Shown here: positions 47,452 to 57,069 of the stretch, one piece after another
Layout: every line of letters starts with the position of its first letter
Numbering within the stretch: position 1 is the stretch's first letter
Assembly: GCA_040772365.1 (NCBI GenBank)
Contig: JAXGYI010000008.1
Location: 1-58,398 of the forward strand
Origin: Candidatus Moraniibacteriota bacterium
GTDB taxonomy: Bacteria; Patescibacteriota; Minisyncoccia; Moranbacterales; GCA-2747515
Direction: 5' to 3'
DNA length: 58,398 nt
The notes under the pieces: model-generated
Databases searched by the model: none
What the model saw: only the letters and a program-made list of their open reading frames with translations
Told to the model about the DNA's origin: nothing
Made by a program: the position numbers and the translations under genes

Positions 47452-50400
47452 ATGCATCGGTTTTTGATGATACGGGGTGTTGCGATTGTCATGGTGTGTG
47501 TTTTTCTTTTTGCGCCATTGTCATACGACATTCCTGCTTTTGTTGCCTATGTTTTTGCGGATGATGCATCGTTGATTATTGATGCGGATACGACGTGGTC
47601 GGGGGAGATGGATTTCAGTCACTATGAAACGATTGATCTTGTTGGTGATGCCCGTCTCACAATTGAACCCGGTGCGCGGATTGTTATTCCCACAATGTAT
47701 GTGGAAGACACGTCGCATATTCTTGCACAAGGCACGGGACGCCAACCGATTACAATCACGCAAGCGCAGATGCCTCCACACGATGAGGAAACCTGCCCGC
47801 GTCCGCCACGCGGCATGATTTCTTTTGAATCGTCGTACGAGGAGGGCATGTTATTACCCACCTCATCTTTTTCGCACGTGATTTTTGATGGTCTGGGTTT
47901 GCTCACAGATTGTGATGCGGGTCCTATTATGGTTCATAGGGATGCAGCACCCTCTTTGATCAATGGCGCATATGCACAAAAACCAGCGCCACCTCTTGCA
48001 CCAGACTATAACATCTATCGTGCACCCGCAGTGCGTTTCGTGTCTGGTCGCGTTAGTATGGATCACTGTGTGTTTACCAACAGTAAGGATCGTGATGTTG
48101 TTGTGGAAACGAATATTAATGCCATGACACAGGGTGTGAACTTTTTGCGGATTACCAACTCTGATTTTTTGGGTAATGCAGAGCACATTGCCGTACAGTC
48201 GCGCGTACGACGGATTGATCTCTATGGTGCATTCTTGAGATCATGTATGGAGGAGTGCCATGCACAGTATAGCAAACATACAGCAATGGTGTGGTGGGAA
48301 AGAGAAAATCTGTGTAAGCAGATCTGTACTCCACGTGCAGAAGGAAATGAGAGATTTTTTGACGATACCGTTGTCCAATTAACGGGGAACTGGTACGGAC
48401 ATGCAGCGGGTCCGGACCGATCATATGAGTCGTGGCATGGCAAGGGTATGCGTGTTTTTGGCAATGTCACATTAAAAACATTGCGCACGGAGCCGAATAT
48501 TGTTCACGGATCTAATGTGCTGTTCTTGCCAGGCTTTAAGGCGAGTGTGCTGTATAAGCGTCGCAGCGTTGTGGGTGAAGACACCTTGTGGCCACCGAAT
48601 TATTTTTTGGATATAAACGACCTCATGCTTAACAAGAGCGGAAAGAGTGTGGATGAGGGCATTTTTACACAGAATGTTCTTGACGAGACAATTGCCGGTA
48701 ATCTGTATAAATCATTTCTGGGAGACTTGCATGATATGAAAGAGCGGGGAGAAATTATTGACTATGTGTCGTATGCCTATGATTGGCGCGACAGTGTGGA
48801 TGATGTTGCGCGTTTTGGAAGTGTGTACCGCAATGGGGAGCGAAAAAATCCCGTGGAGGAAGTGCAGAGGCTTGCACAGTCATCTTTCAGTAACAAAGTC
48901 ACCATTGTGGCGCATTCCAACGGCGGGCTGCTTGCCAAAGCGGTGATGCAAGAGTTGGAACGTCAAGGAAAAGCGGAGCTTGTGGACAATGTGATTCTTG
49001 TGGGATCGCCACAGATGGGAACTCCCAAAGCAATTGGTGCGTTGTTGCACGGCTTTGACGAGCAACTACCTATTCCTGGGTTAATGTCGGATTTTCAGGC
49101 GCGTGCATTTGGTGAGAATATGCCTGGGGCATATGGACTACTGCCGTCGCGCGAGTATTTTCTTCGTACAGGAGAGCCCGTAATCAACTTTTCCGCAGAA
49201 ACGATGGAACCATATACGGCATATCGTGAATTCTATGGTGATGCGATTGATGGCGCGCAAGAGTTTGATGATTTTATTTTCGGCACGAAAGACGGTCGCG
49301 ATAAACCGAAATCAGCAGACACGATCAGTGCGAACATCCTCAACAAAAAACTTGCACGTCGCGCGCAAGAGTTGCACGATGACCTTGACGTATGGACGCC
49401 ACCGGACAATGTTCATCTCATTCAAATTGCCGGGTGGGGACTGGATACAGTTCGCGGTTTCACATATACAGCAGAGACAAAAACAGAGTGCGCACTAGAT
49501 AAAACCGCTCATCCCTTTGCACCTTCTGGGGAATGTCATGAAGTGACGCGCCCCATTATTGAGCCGCAGTATACAGTAGATGGCGACGGCACTGTGACTG
49601 CACCGAGCGCGCTGATGCTTGCTGATACGGATCGCGTGGATCGGTATTGGGTGGATTTGTTTACTGGTAATACATGGTACAGAACGCTACGAACTCATAA
49701 AAATATACTTGAATTTGGATCTGTAAAAGATTTTATAAATACTATAATTACAACACATAATCCGCCTCGTGTATTACCGAAATACATGTTTACACAACGC
49801 CCGAAAGAGCCTAAAAAAATGAAAAACCCTCACCGCATCCGCATGTCTCTCTACTCCCCTCTGGACATCCACCTCTACGATCAACACGGCAATCACACCG
49901 GACCGGTGGTGACAACAGTAAATGGCAAGGAAGTAACAACGATTGAAACACACATTCCCAATAGCTATTATGATTTTTTTGGCGAGCAGAAGTATGTCGG
50001 ATGGGGAGAGGATAGTGACATTCGTGTTACATTGAGTGGTTACGACAAGGGCGCGTACACACTTACGTTGCAAGAAGTTTCCGTAACGGATCACGGCGAA
50101 AAACAAGGCAGCTATGTCACATTTGCCGATCTGCCCACGGCAGATGGGACAGAGGTGTATGTGCGCGTACCAAACGGCGACCTTGAAAGCATGACAACAC
50201 TTACCGCGGATTATGATGGCGATGGGTCTGTTGATTATACACTCGCACCCCACGTCAACGGCACAGTTCGTCTCACTTCCGCAACAGCGGATATAGCACA
50301 ACCAACGAAGACAATGCAGGTACAGCAAGACTCATCATCGGCAAAAATCGGTGTTGGTACAGAAAAAAAGGCTTCCATTGATCGCTGGACGGCAGTGCGG

Positions 50401-50673
50401 CGTACCGCGCCAGGCACAAAATGTCCGGAAAAACTTGACATTACGCTTTTTGGTAAACATTTTGACAAAAATGTTACTGTACGTATCGGCGGCACAAAGG
50501 CAAAAAAGGTCGTACACTACAATAGCAAAAAAATCACAGCCACATTTTGTATGACCGATCTTCAATCTGTAAAAACCAATTCCCTTCGCTCTATTACTGC
50601 ACAAAACCCTAAAACAAAAGCGGATAAAGCACAGAAAAAAATTGATATAATCCATTTATTCAGTACATTATAA
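47452..50673 (+). CDS. Large secreted alpha/beta-hydrolase (LCAT/phospholipase-like) with accessory domains
   Basis: Signal-like N-terminus; 'FLPGF', 'YDWR', 'AHSNGG' nucleophile elbow, 'GSPQMGTP', 'GDGTV'; IPT/TIG-like C-terminus. Confidence 0.8.
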   Translation: MHRFLMIRGVAIVMVCVFLFAPLSYDIPAFVAYVFADDASLIIDADTTWSGEMDFSHYETIDLVGDARLTIEPGARIVIPTMYVEDTSHILAQGTGRQPITITQAQMPPHDEETCPRPPRGMISFESSYEEGMLLPTSSFSHVIFDGLGLLTDCDAGPIMVHRDAAPSLINGAYAQKPAPPLAPDYNIYRAPAVRFVSGRVSMDHCVFTNSKDRDVVVETNINAMTQGVNFLRITNSDFLGNAEHIAVQSRVRRIDLYGAFLRSCMEECHAQYSKHTAMVWWERENLCKQICTPRAEGNERFFDDTVVQLTGNWYGHAAGPDRSYESWHGKGMRVFGNVTLKTLRTEPNIVHGSNVLFLPGFKASVLYKRRSVVGEDTLWPPNYFLDINDLMLNKSGKSVDEGIFTQNVLDETIAGNLYKSFLGDLHDMKERGEIIDYVSYAYDWRDSVDDVARFGSVYRNGERKNPVEEVQRLAQSSFSNKVTIVAHSNGGLLAKAVMQELERQGKAELVDNVILVGSPQMGTPKAIGALLHGFDEQLPIPGLMSDFQARAFGENMPGAYGLLPSREYFLRTGEPVINFSAETMEPYTAYREFYGDAIDGAQEFDDFIFGTKDGRDKPKSADTISANILNKKLARRAQELHDDLDVWTPPDNVHLIQIAGWGLDTVRGFTYTAETKTECALDKTAHPFAPSGECHEVTRPIIEPQYTVDGDGTVTAPSALMLADTDRVDRYWVDLFTGNTWYRTLRTHKNILEFGSVKDFINTIITTHNPPRVLPKYMFTQRPKEPKKMKNPHRIRMSLYSPLDIHLYDQHGNHTGPVVTTVNGKEVTTIETHIPNSYYDFFGEQKYVGWGEDSDIRVTLSGYDKGAYTLTLQEVSVTDHGEKQGSYVTFADLPTADGTEVYVRVPNGDLESMTTLTADYDGDGSVDYTLAPHVNGTVRLTSATADIAQPTKTMQVQQDSSSAKIGVGTEKKASIDRWTAVRRTAPGTKCPEKLDITLFGKHFDKNVTVRIGGTKAKKVVHYNSKKITATFCMTDLQSVKTNSLRSITAQNPKTKADKAQKKIDIIHLFSTL

Positions 50674-50678
50674 AAAAT

Positions 50679-51083
50679 ATGAATAAAAAAATTTTAATTT
50701 TTACGGGCAGTTTTCTAGGGATCGCTCTTTTAATTCTTAATGGAGTATTATGTCCAAGTCCAGAAATACAAAGTTATTGTTTTTTTGATGATTATGCAAA
50801 TGAAATTCTTCAACCGCTATTAACGTTGTGTATCGCCCTATTTTCATCTTCCATTTTCACATTTCTCATTTCTGATAGTATATTCAAACGATGGATCAAG
50901 TTTGCTATTGCATGGATGATTATGGCAGTGATCGCCATCGCCGTCTCTCCCGTCTACTCCCCCTATATCTTTGGCGGACCAACTAAAGAATCCGTCTCCA
51001 TCTGGATGGGCACACTCTTTGTCATCATCAGCCTGACCATGTTTGCCGTGATGACATGGCGGGAGAGGCGGCATAAAAATTGA
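50679..51083 (+). CDS. 4-TM membrane protein, paralog A (putative immunity)
   Basis: Starts 5 nt after the lipase stop; C-terminal part nearly identical to the next gene. Confidence 0.7.
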   Translation: MNKKILIFTGSFLGIALLILNGVLCPSPEIQSYCFFDDYANEILQPLLTLCIALFSSSIFTFLISDSIFKRWIKFAIAWMIMAVIAIAVSPVYSPYIFGGPTKESVSIWMGTLFVIISLTMFAVMTWRERRHKN

Positions 51084-51520
51084 TATATCTCATTTTATTC
51101 AATAAAATATAGAAAATATGAATAAAAAAAATTTAATTTTATTAGGGGCAATAGTCAGCTTTATCTTAGGCATTCTTTCCTTTGATCCGTATGTGTATGG
51201 AATATGCGTTGAAACAAAGAAATGCTTATTTGATGGGTGGAGTTTTAGTATCTCGGAGCCGTTAATCTTAACATCAATAAGCTATTTCATTACATCCATT
51301 TTCACATTTCTCATTTCTGATAGTATATTCAAACGATGGATCAAGTTTGCTATTGCATGGATGATTATGGCAGTGATCGCCATCGCCGTCTCTCCCGTCT
51401 ACTCCCCCTATATCTTTGGCGGACCAACTAAAGAATCCGTCTCCATCTGGATGGGCACACTCTTTGTCATCATCAGCCTCACCATGTTTACCGTCATGAC
51501 ATGGCGGGAGAGGCGGCATA
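50850..51520 (+). repeat. 226-bp direct repeat (50850-51075 and 51295-51520)
   Basis: Only 3 mismatches seen, all near the 3' end. Confidence 0.92.
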
Positions 51521-51525
51521 TATAA
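51118..51525 (+). CDS. 4-TM membrane protein, paralog B (putative immunity)
   Basis: Same architecture as paralog A; divergent Cys-containing N-terminal loop. Confidence 0.7.
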   Translation: MNKKNLILLGAIVSFILGILSFDPYVYGICVETKKCLFDGWSFSISEPLILTSISYFITSIFTFLISDSIFKRWIKFAIAWMIMAVIAIAVSPVYSPYIFGGPTKESVSIWMGTLFVIISLTMFTVMTWRERRHI

Positions 51526-51553
51526 GCATATAATTATGTAATGGTAATACTGT

Positions 51554-52174
51554 ATGGAAAAGCACAAGAATTTTTTTATGGAGTTTCGTGATCCGCAGAA
51601 ATATGTGCGGTATGAAGATATTCCTGATATCTATAAGAATTTTTTTATGCCAACAGAGGATGGTGAAGGTTTTGTATTTCATTCCGTGGCGACATATATT
51701 GACAGCGCGCGCTACAAGTCGGACACACTGCGCAACAATCCCGCAACGAGTTTTTTGCGTGCCTATGTTGACGATGCCTATGTTGATGCAGATATGGTGC
51801 AGCGGGAAGATGCGGAGATTGCTGCGGCGATTACGGATCTACGTAAAGAAGGAGTACATGAAATCAAGGAGCACGGTGCTGTGGTTGATACACCCGATAA
51901 AATACGCGTGACGTTTTCTTATCGCGGACACGACTTTGTGCTAACGGGATATCTCGGAGGCGTTATGGAGGAAGATGGAAATGATATGCAGGAAAACACC
52001 GATGAGGTATATAGAAAGGTGTCATCGTATCGTTTCGTCATTCTTTCTGGTACATTTGATGGTAAGACTATTGCGCGTGAAGATTTTGTAAAGTGCACAA
52101 ATGACTTTACTGCACCAATTGTGACAAAACTACAGCTCATGGCACAGGAGTTTGAGCGTAAGAATGTGCAGTAA
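51554..52174 (+). CDS. Hypothetical protein
   Basis: 206-aa ORF filling the gap on the operon strand; no recognised motif. Confidence 0.6.
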   Translation: MEKHKNFFMEFRDPQKYVRYEDIPDIYKNFFMPTEDGEGFVFHSVATYIDSARYKSDTLRNNPATSFLRAYVDDAYVDADMVQREDAEIAAAITDLRKEGVHEIKEHGAVVDTPDKIRVTFSYRGHDFVLTGYLGGVMEEDGNDMQENTDEVYRKVSSYRFVILSGTFDGKTIAREDFVKCTNDFTAPIVTKLQLMAQEFERKNVQ

Positions 52175-52201
52175 GAAAGTAGCGCAGAACAGATTTATAT
52201 T

Positions 52202-53455
52202 ATGACATATGACGTGCGCCGCATTGCGGCGTTTCCCAAAAAACCAGGAGTATATCTTTTCCGTGATACGAAGCGGCGCGTATTGTATGTGGGCAAGGCA
52301 ACAAGCTTGCGTGATCGCGTGCGGCAGTATTTCAGCGGACACGATACACGCGGTGAGCGCATCGCGCAGTTGGTGGCGCATACGGCGGATGTGACGTATG
52401 TGGAGACCGACAGTGTTCTTGAGGCATTGATCATGGAGGCGGAGTTAATTCGTCGCTATAAACCACACTACAATATTGATGGCAAAGACGATAAGAGTTA
52501 CTCCTTTTTTGTGATTACCAAGGAGGATTTTCCGCGTGTTGTGATCTTGCGTCAGACAGATTTTGACAAGGATGTGTACAAAAATAATCCGACCATTACA
52601 GGAGGAAAAGTTTTTGGACCGTATATGTCACAGCAGCATATGCGCATCGCTCTGAAAATCATTCGCCGGATTTTCCCCTTTCACGATCGCAGTGAGAAGA
52701 CGGAAAAAGGGTGCTTACACTATCAAATCGGGATGTGTCCGGGTCCATATGCTGGCGCAATCGACAAGGCGGATTATCGTCGCAACATCCGTAATATTGC
52801 ACTCTTCCTTTCAGGGCGCAAGAAAAAACTTGTCGCGCAGCTGGAAGCACGCATGCAGAAATTAGCGCGCGAGGAACGTTTTGAGGATGCTGCAGTGGTT
52901 AGGCAGCAAATTTTTGCACTTACACACATCAACGACATCGCTTTGATGAAAAAAGAATTTGCATTTACACGATTTAGTGCACATGATGTGCGCATTGAGG
53001 CATATGATATTTCCCATAGCGGCGGGGAAGCCATGACGGGGTCAATGGTAGTTTTTGTTAATGGTGTGCCGGACAAAAGTGCTTATCGCTCATTTAAAAT
53101 CAAAGCAGTGGAAGGCATTAACGATATTGCTGCAATGCGTGAGGTATTGGCACGTCGCATGACTCATCTGCACGAGTGGGGTGTGCCGAACCTGATTGTT
53201 GTGGACGGTGGCAAAGGACATCTCGCTATGGCAGAAGATCTCTGGTGTAAGCTGGGCGTACAGATTCCCGTTATTGCTGTTTCCAAAGGTCCGACGCGCA
53301 AAAGGGTAGACATTCACAAAAGCGCAGCGTATCCGGTGCGCGATACGTTGATTGCCGATGTGACACTTGTGGAGCATTTGCGTGAAGAGGCACACCGGTT
53401 TGCAATCGCCTATCATAAAAAATTGCGCGATCAAAAAACATTTATGCAGAACTAA
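52202..53455 (+). CDS. uvrC: Excinuclease ABC subunit C (short form)
   Basis: GIY-YIG 'PGVYLF...LYVGKA..LR.RV..YF', UVR domain, 'IEAYDISH', 'VDGGKG', 'EAHRFA'. Confidence 0.92.
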   Translation: MTYDVRRIAAFPKKPGVYLFRDTKRRVLYVGKATSLRDRVRQYFSGHDTRGERIAQLVAHTADVTYVETDSVLEALIMEAELIRRYKPHYNIDGKDDKSYSFFVITKEDFPRVVILRQTDFDKDVYKNNPTITGGKVFGPYMSQQHMRIALKIIRRIFPFHDRSEKTEKGCLHYQIGMCPGPYAGAIDKADYRRNIRNIALFLSGRKKKLVAQLEARMQKLAREERFEDAAVVRQQIFALTHINDIALMKKEFAFTRFSAHDVRIEAYDISHSGGEAMTGSMVVFVNGVPDKSAYRSFKIKAVEGINDIAAMREVLARRMTHLHEWGVPNLIVVDGGKGHLAMAEDLWCKLGVQIPVIAVSKGPTRKRVDIHKSAAYPVRDTLIADVTLVEHLREEAHRFAIAYHKKLRDQKTFMQN

Positions 53456-53554
53456 CTTGATGTGGCAGAGCAGATGAGTAAATGCATATGATATGCTATA
53501 CTTGTGTATAGAGTACGGAAGACAAAAAGCAAAAACACCACATCAAAAAAATAT

Positions 53555-55261
53555 ATGGCGCAAAAAATTATTGATGATCTGTGCATTACCGTGGCAGGAC
53601 GTGCAGGGCAGGGTATTCAGAGTGTTGCAGCACTACTGTCGCATATTTTAAAACTACAAGGCTATCATACGTACACCACGTCGGAGTATATGTCGCGGGT
53701 GCGCGGTGGCATGAACTCCACAACGATTCGTGTGAGCACCAAGCGCCGCGATGCCTATCGCGAGACGATTGATCTCTTTGTGCCGCTAGATAAGGCGGCA
53801 TTTGAGCACTGTGCACACCGGTTTACAAAAGACACAATCTTTCTAGGTGTGAAAAACACAGCGTTTTGCGCCGATTGCGTGATGGACGTGGATTTTCAAT
53901 CTATTGCACGTGCTGTTGGGCATCCCATTTTTGAAAATACCGTTGCTGCAGGTGCAATTTTGGGATTGCTAGAGACGGATGTTACTATTGCACAGGATTT
54001 TATGCGTACCTTTTTTGTACGCAAGGGTGAGGACGTGATTGCAAAGAATAGCGAAGCGGTAACAAAGGGTTTTAAAATGGGTGAACATTTTGCATTTACG
54101 CAAGATGTGCATTTTACAATTACGCCAGATACAGCAGTGATAAAAAACCTCTTCATGAACGGTTCGGAGGCCATCGGCTTTGGCGCTCTTGCGGCAGGAT
54201 GTGATTTTTATGCAGCATACCCAATGTCACCATCTACGGATGTCTTGACGTTTTTGGCGCAACGCGGCAAGGAATGTGCCATGATCGTGGAACAGGCGAC
54301 GGACGAGATTGAGGCGATCAATATGGCACTTGGCGCATCCTATGCTGGTGCACGTGCTATGGTAGGAACTAGTGGTGGCGGATTTGACCTCATGTGTGAG
54401 AGTATATCACTTGCTGGCATGACGGAGACACCTATTACAGTTTTTGTGGGCATGCGTCCGGGTCCGGCAACGGGTTTACCGACGCGGACGGGACAGGAAG
54501 ATGCTAACCTTGTGATTTATGCCGGACACGGGGAATTTATGCGTGCAGTTTTTGCGCCTGCTACCTTGTTACAGGCCTATGAACTAACGGCACATGCCTT
54601 AGTAGTTGCTGATGTAGCGCAGGTGCCGACGTTTGTGTTGGCGGATCAATTTTTCTTGGACGGATTGTGCAGTGTGCATGTAGATGATTTTGTGGCGCAA
54701 GACTATGACAAGCGTATCGTGGAATCACAGCACGACTACATGCGCTATGCGTTGACGGAAGGGGGTATCAGTGAACGGAGCGTGCCAGGGTATGGCAATG
54801 GTGTAGTATGTGTGGATAGTGATGAGCATGATGAAACAGGTCGTATCACTGAAGACATGCGCGGTATGCGCCACGCAATGATGGAAAAACGACTTACGCA
54901 GCGCAAAAAACTTTTGCAAGACATGGCACTTTCGCCGGAGGTGATTGGTAAGAAGTCTGCGCGTGTGCTTGTAGTGTGCTGGGGAAGTAATCGCAATGTT
55001 GTTGCGGAAGCTGTGGAGGCGATGGATGATGTGAGTGTAGTGTCGTTTACACAGATCTATCCGTTGCCCAAGCAGATCGGTAAGGTGTTTACTAAAGCGG
55101 AACGAGTGATTGTTGTGGAGAATAATGCTACGGGGCAGTTTGCGCGACTCCTTTCCTGTGAAGGCGGTGTTGTGGTACACAAGACGATTCTGAAGTCTAC
55201 AGGTGAGCCATTTAGCGTAGAGGAACTACGTACCACACTGCGATCATTAACTAAAAAATAA
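53555..55261 (+). CDS. 2-oxoacid:ferredoxin oxidoreductase, alpha (gamma-alpha fusion) subunit
   Basis: 'GRAGQGIQ', 'SRVRGG', 'YPMSPS', 'TSGGGF', 'RPGPATGLPT'. Confidence 0.93.
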   Translation: MAQKIIDDLCITVAGRAGQGIQSVAALLSHILKLQGYHTYTTSEYMSRVRGGMNSTTIRVSTKRRDAYRETIDLFVPLDKAAFEHCAHRFTKDTIFLGVKNTAFCADCVMDVDFQSIARAVGHPIFENTVAAGAILGLLETDVTIAQDFMRTFFVRKGEDVIAKNSEAVTKGFKMGEHFAFTQDVHFTITPDTAVIKNLFMNGSEAIGFGALAAGCDFYAAYPMSPSTDVLTFLAQRGKECAMIVEQATDEIEAINMALGASYAGARAMVGTSGGGFDLMCESISLAGMTETPITVFVGMRPGPATGLPTRTGQEDANLVIYAGHGEFMRAVFAPATLLQAYELTAHALVVADVAQVPTFVLADQFFLDGLCSVHVDDFVAQDYDKRIVESQHDYMRYALTEGGISERSVPGYGNGVVCVDSDEHDETGRITEDMRGMRHAMMEKRLTQRKKLLQDMALSPEVIGKKSARVLVVCWGSNRNVVAEAVEAMDDVSVVSFTQIYPLPKQIGKVFTKAERVIVVENNATGQFARLLSCEGGVVVHKTILKSTGEPFSVEELRTTLRSLTKK

Positions 55262-55265
55262 CACT

Positions 55266-56147
55266 ATGATTGGATCGGCAAAAATTCCTATAAATTTTGC
55301 GGCACCGGCATCCGTGGAAAATCAGTGGTGTCCTGGGTGTGGTAATTTTCCCATTCTGCAAACAATACAAAAAGTTCTACAAGCGCAAGATCTTCGTCCG
55401 CAAGAGGTCACATTGGTATCGGGCATTGGACAAGCAGCAAAGTTGCCACAGTATCTTGCATGCAATTATTTCAATGGACTGCATGGGCGTGCACTACCTG
55501 TAGCAATGGGCATAAAAATTGCTAATCCAGAACAGACCGTAATTGTTACCACAGGTGATGGTGATCTTTACGGTGAAGGTGGTAATCACTTCATTCACAC
55601 GATTCGTCGCAATCCCAACATCACCGTTATTGCGCATAATAATATGATTTACGGACTCACTAAAGGACAGGCATCACCTACATCGGAAGAAGGTTTGGTG
55701 ACGCCGGTACAGCCGCTTGGCGTTGCCGTAGATCCACTCAATCCCGTAGCACTGGCGATTGCTTTAGATGCGCCGTTCGTAGCACGTGCATCGGCCGGCG
55801 ATCAGGCACAGCTCTATGAGATCATGACGCAGGCCGTCGCACATAGAGGGTTTGCCCTCGTAGACGTTCTCCAGCCGTGTGTTGTATTCAATAAGGTCAA
55901 TACCTATCAGTGGTTTGCTGATCACTCCTTTACGATTGATGATGACTACGATCGATCGCAGCAAGCAGAGGCGTTTCGTCGTGCAACGTCAACGGATGCG
56001 GCATATCCACTTGGTGTCATATATCAACACAATCGGCGACCAGTCTACGAAGAGGTTATTGATGCGTATCGTACCGATACGCGCCCACTGTATCGTCGCA
56101 CAACAAATTGTGCAATTCGTAGTGCATTGATTGCTGCACAGGTGTAG
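55266..56147 (+). CDS. 2-oxoacid:ferredoxin oxidoreductase, beta (TPP-binding) subunit
   Basis: 'WCPGCG', 'SGIGQ', 'HGRALP', 'GDGD...GGNH', 'YGLTKGQASPT', 'QPC'. Confidence 0.93.
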   Translation: MIGSAKIPINFAAPASVENQWCPGCGNFPILQTIQKVLQAQDLRPQEVTLVSGIGQAAKLPQYLACNYFNGLHGRALPVAMGIKIANPEQTVIVTTGDGDLYGEGGNHFIHTIRRNPNITVIAHNNMIYGLTKGQASPTSEEGLVTPVQPLGVAVDPLNPVALAIALDAPFVARASAGDQAQLYEIMTQAVAHRGFALVDVLQPCVVFNKVNTYQWFADHSFTIDDDYDRSQQAEAFRRATSTDAAYPLGVIYQHNRRPVYEEVIDAYRTDTRPLYRRTTNCAIRSALIAAQV

Positions 56148-56226
56148 AATGTTCACGATGACACTTTGCTCTTCAAGGGCACCTCTTGTATAATAAAAAC
56201 ATCTCCTATTTTTAGTAAAAGATTGT

Positions 56227-57042
56227 ATGACGCGAGTAGCAAAACGTACAGCGATTATCATTATTTATGGTATTATTTTTGCACTCATTGTGTCGGGTGT
56301 TGCGAGTCTATTTATAGCTAGGCCAACATGTACGGATGGTATTAAAAATCAAAAAGAGGAACAGGTGGATTGCGGTGGTCCCTGTGCGCCATGTGCCGTA
56401 GATATCGTGGGGAAGGATATTGTTGTACAGAAGGCATTTATTGTACCGGCAGGAGAGGGTAATTATGACGTACTTGCGGAAATTCACAATCCAAACCCAC
56501 TTTTCGGCGGAAAGAATGTGTACTACACGGTCACAATGAAAGATGCTAGCGGAGCGAAAATCATGACGCGTAGTGGGCAGACATTTATTTTACCAAATGC
56601 CAATAAATACATTGTGGAGGTAGAGTGGCAAACACCGCAAAAACCGGCACGGGTGGATGTGACAATTGATAAAGTTGAATGGGTCAAGTTTACGACCTTT
56701 GCTGCACCACAGATCGTTGTACGCAATCAACGATTCGGATTGATTCACAGCGGCACAGGTTATGCTGAGGCATTTGGGCTAGTGGTTAACGACAGTTCTT
56801 ATGATTTTCACAATGTGACAATCAACGTCATCCTTTTTGATCAGCGTGATGTGCCAATTGCTGTAAATAAGACTGTGCAGAATACGTTAGATGCACAGAC
56901 ACAGAGAGAATTTCGTCTTACATGGCCCAATGCATTTCCTGGCACGATCGTTCGATCAGAAATGGAGCCAGAGACCAATGTCTTTGATTCTTCGAATTTT
57001 ATGAAAAAGTTCATGGCGCCAGTTGAATCGGGTGTACAGTAG
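56227..57042 (+). CDS. Membrane-anchored protein with a Cys-rich motif and two Ig-like domains
   Basis: N-terminal TM; 'CTDGIKNQ.E..VDCGGPC..C'. Confidence 0.65.
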   Translation: MTRVAKRTAIIIIYGIIFALIVSGVASLFIARPTCTDGIKNQKEEQVDCGGPCAPCAVDIVGKDIVVQKAFIVPAGEGNYDVLAEIHNPNPLFGGKNVYYTVTMKDASGAKIMTRSGQTFILPNANKYIVEVEWQTPQKPARVDVTIDKVEWVKFTTFAAPQIVVRNQRFGLIHSGTGYAEAFGLVVNDSSYDFHNVTINVILFDQRDVPIAVNKTVQNTLDAQTQREFRLTWPNAFPGTIVRSEMEPETNVFDSSNFMKKFMAPVESGVQ

Positions 57043-57069
57043 TGTGTCATTTTTACTAAGACTGCGCGT

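Noticed and set aside
50850-51520. Diversity-generating retroelement TR/VR pair
   Set aside because: The three mismatches are not adenine-specific, both copies are coding, and no RT gene is present.
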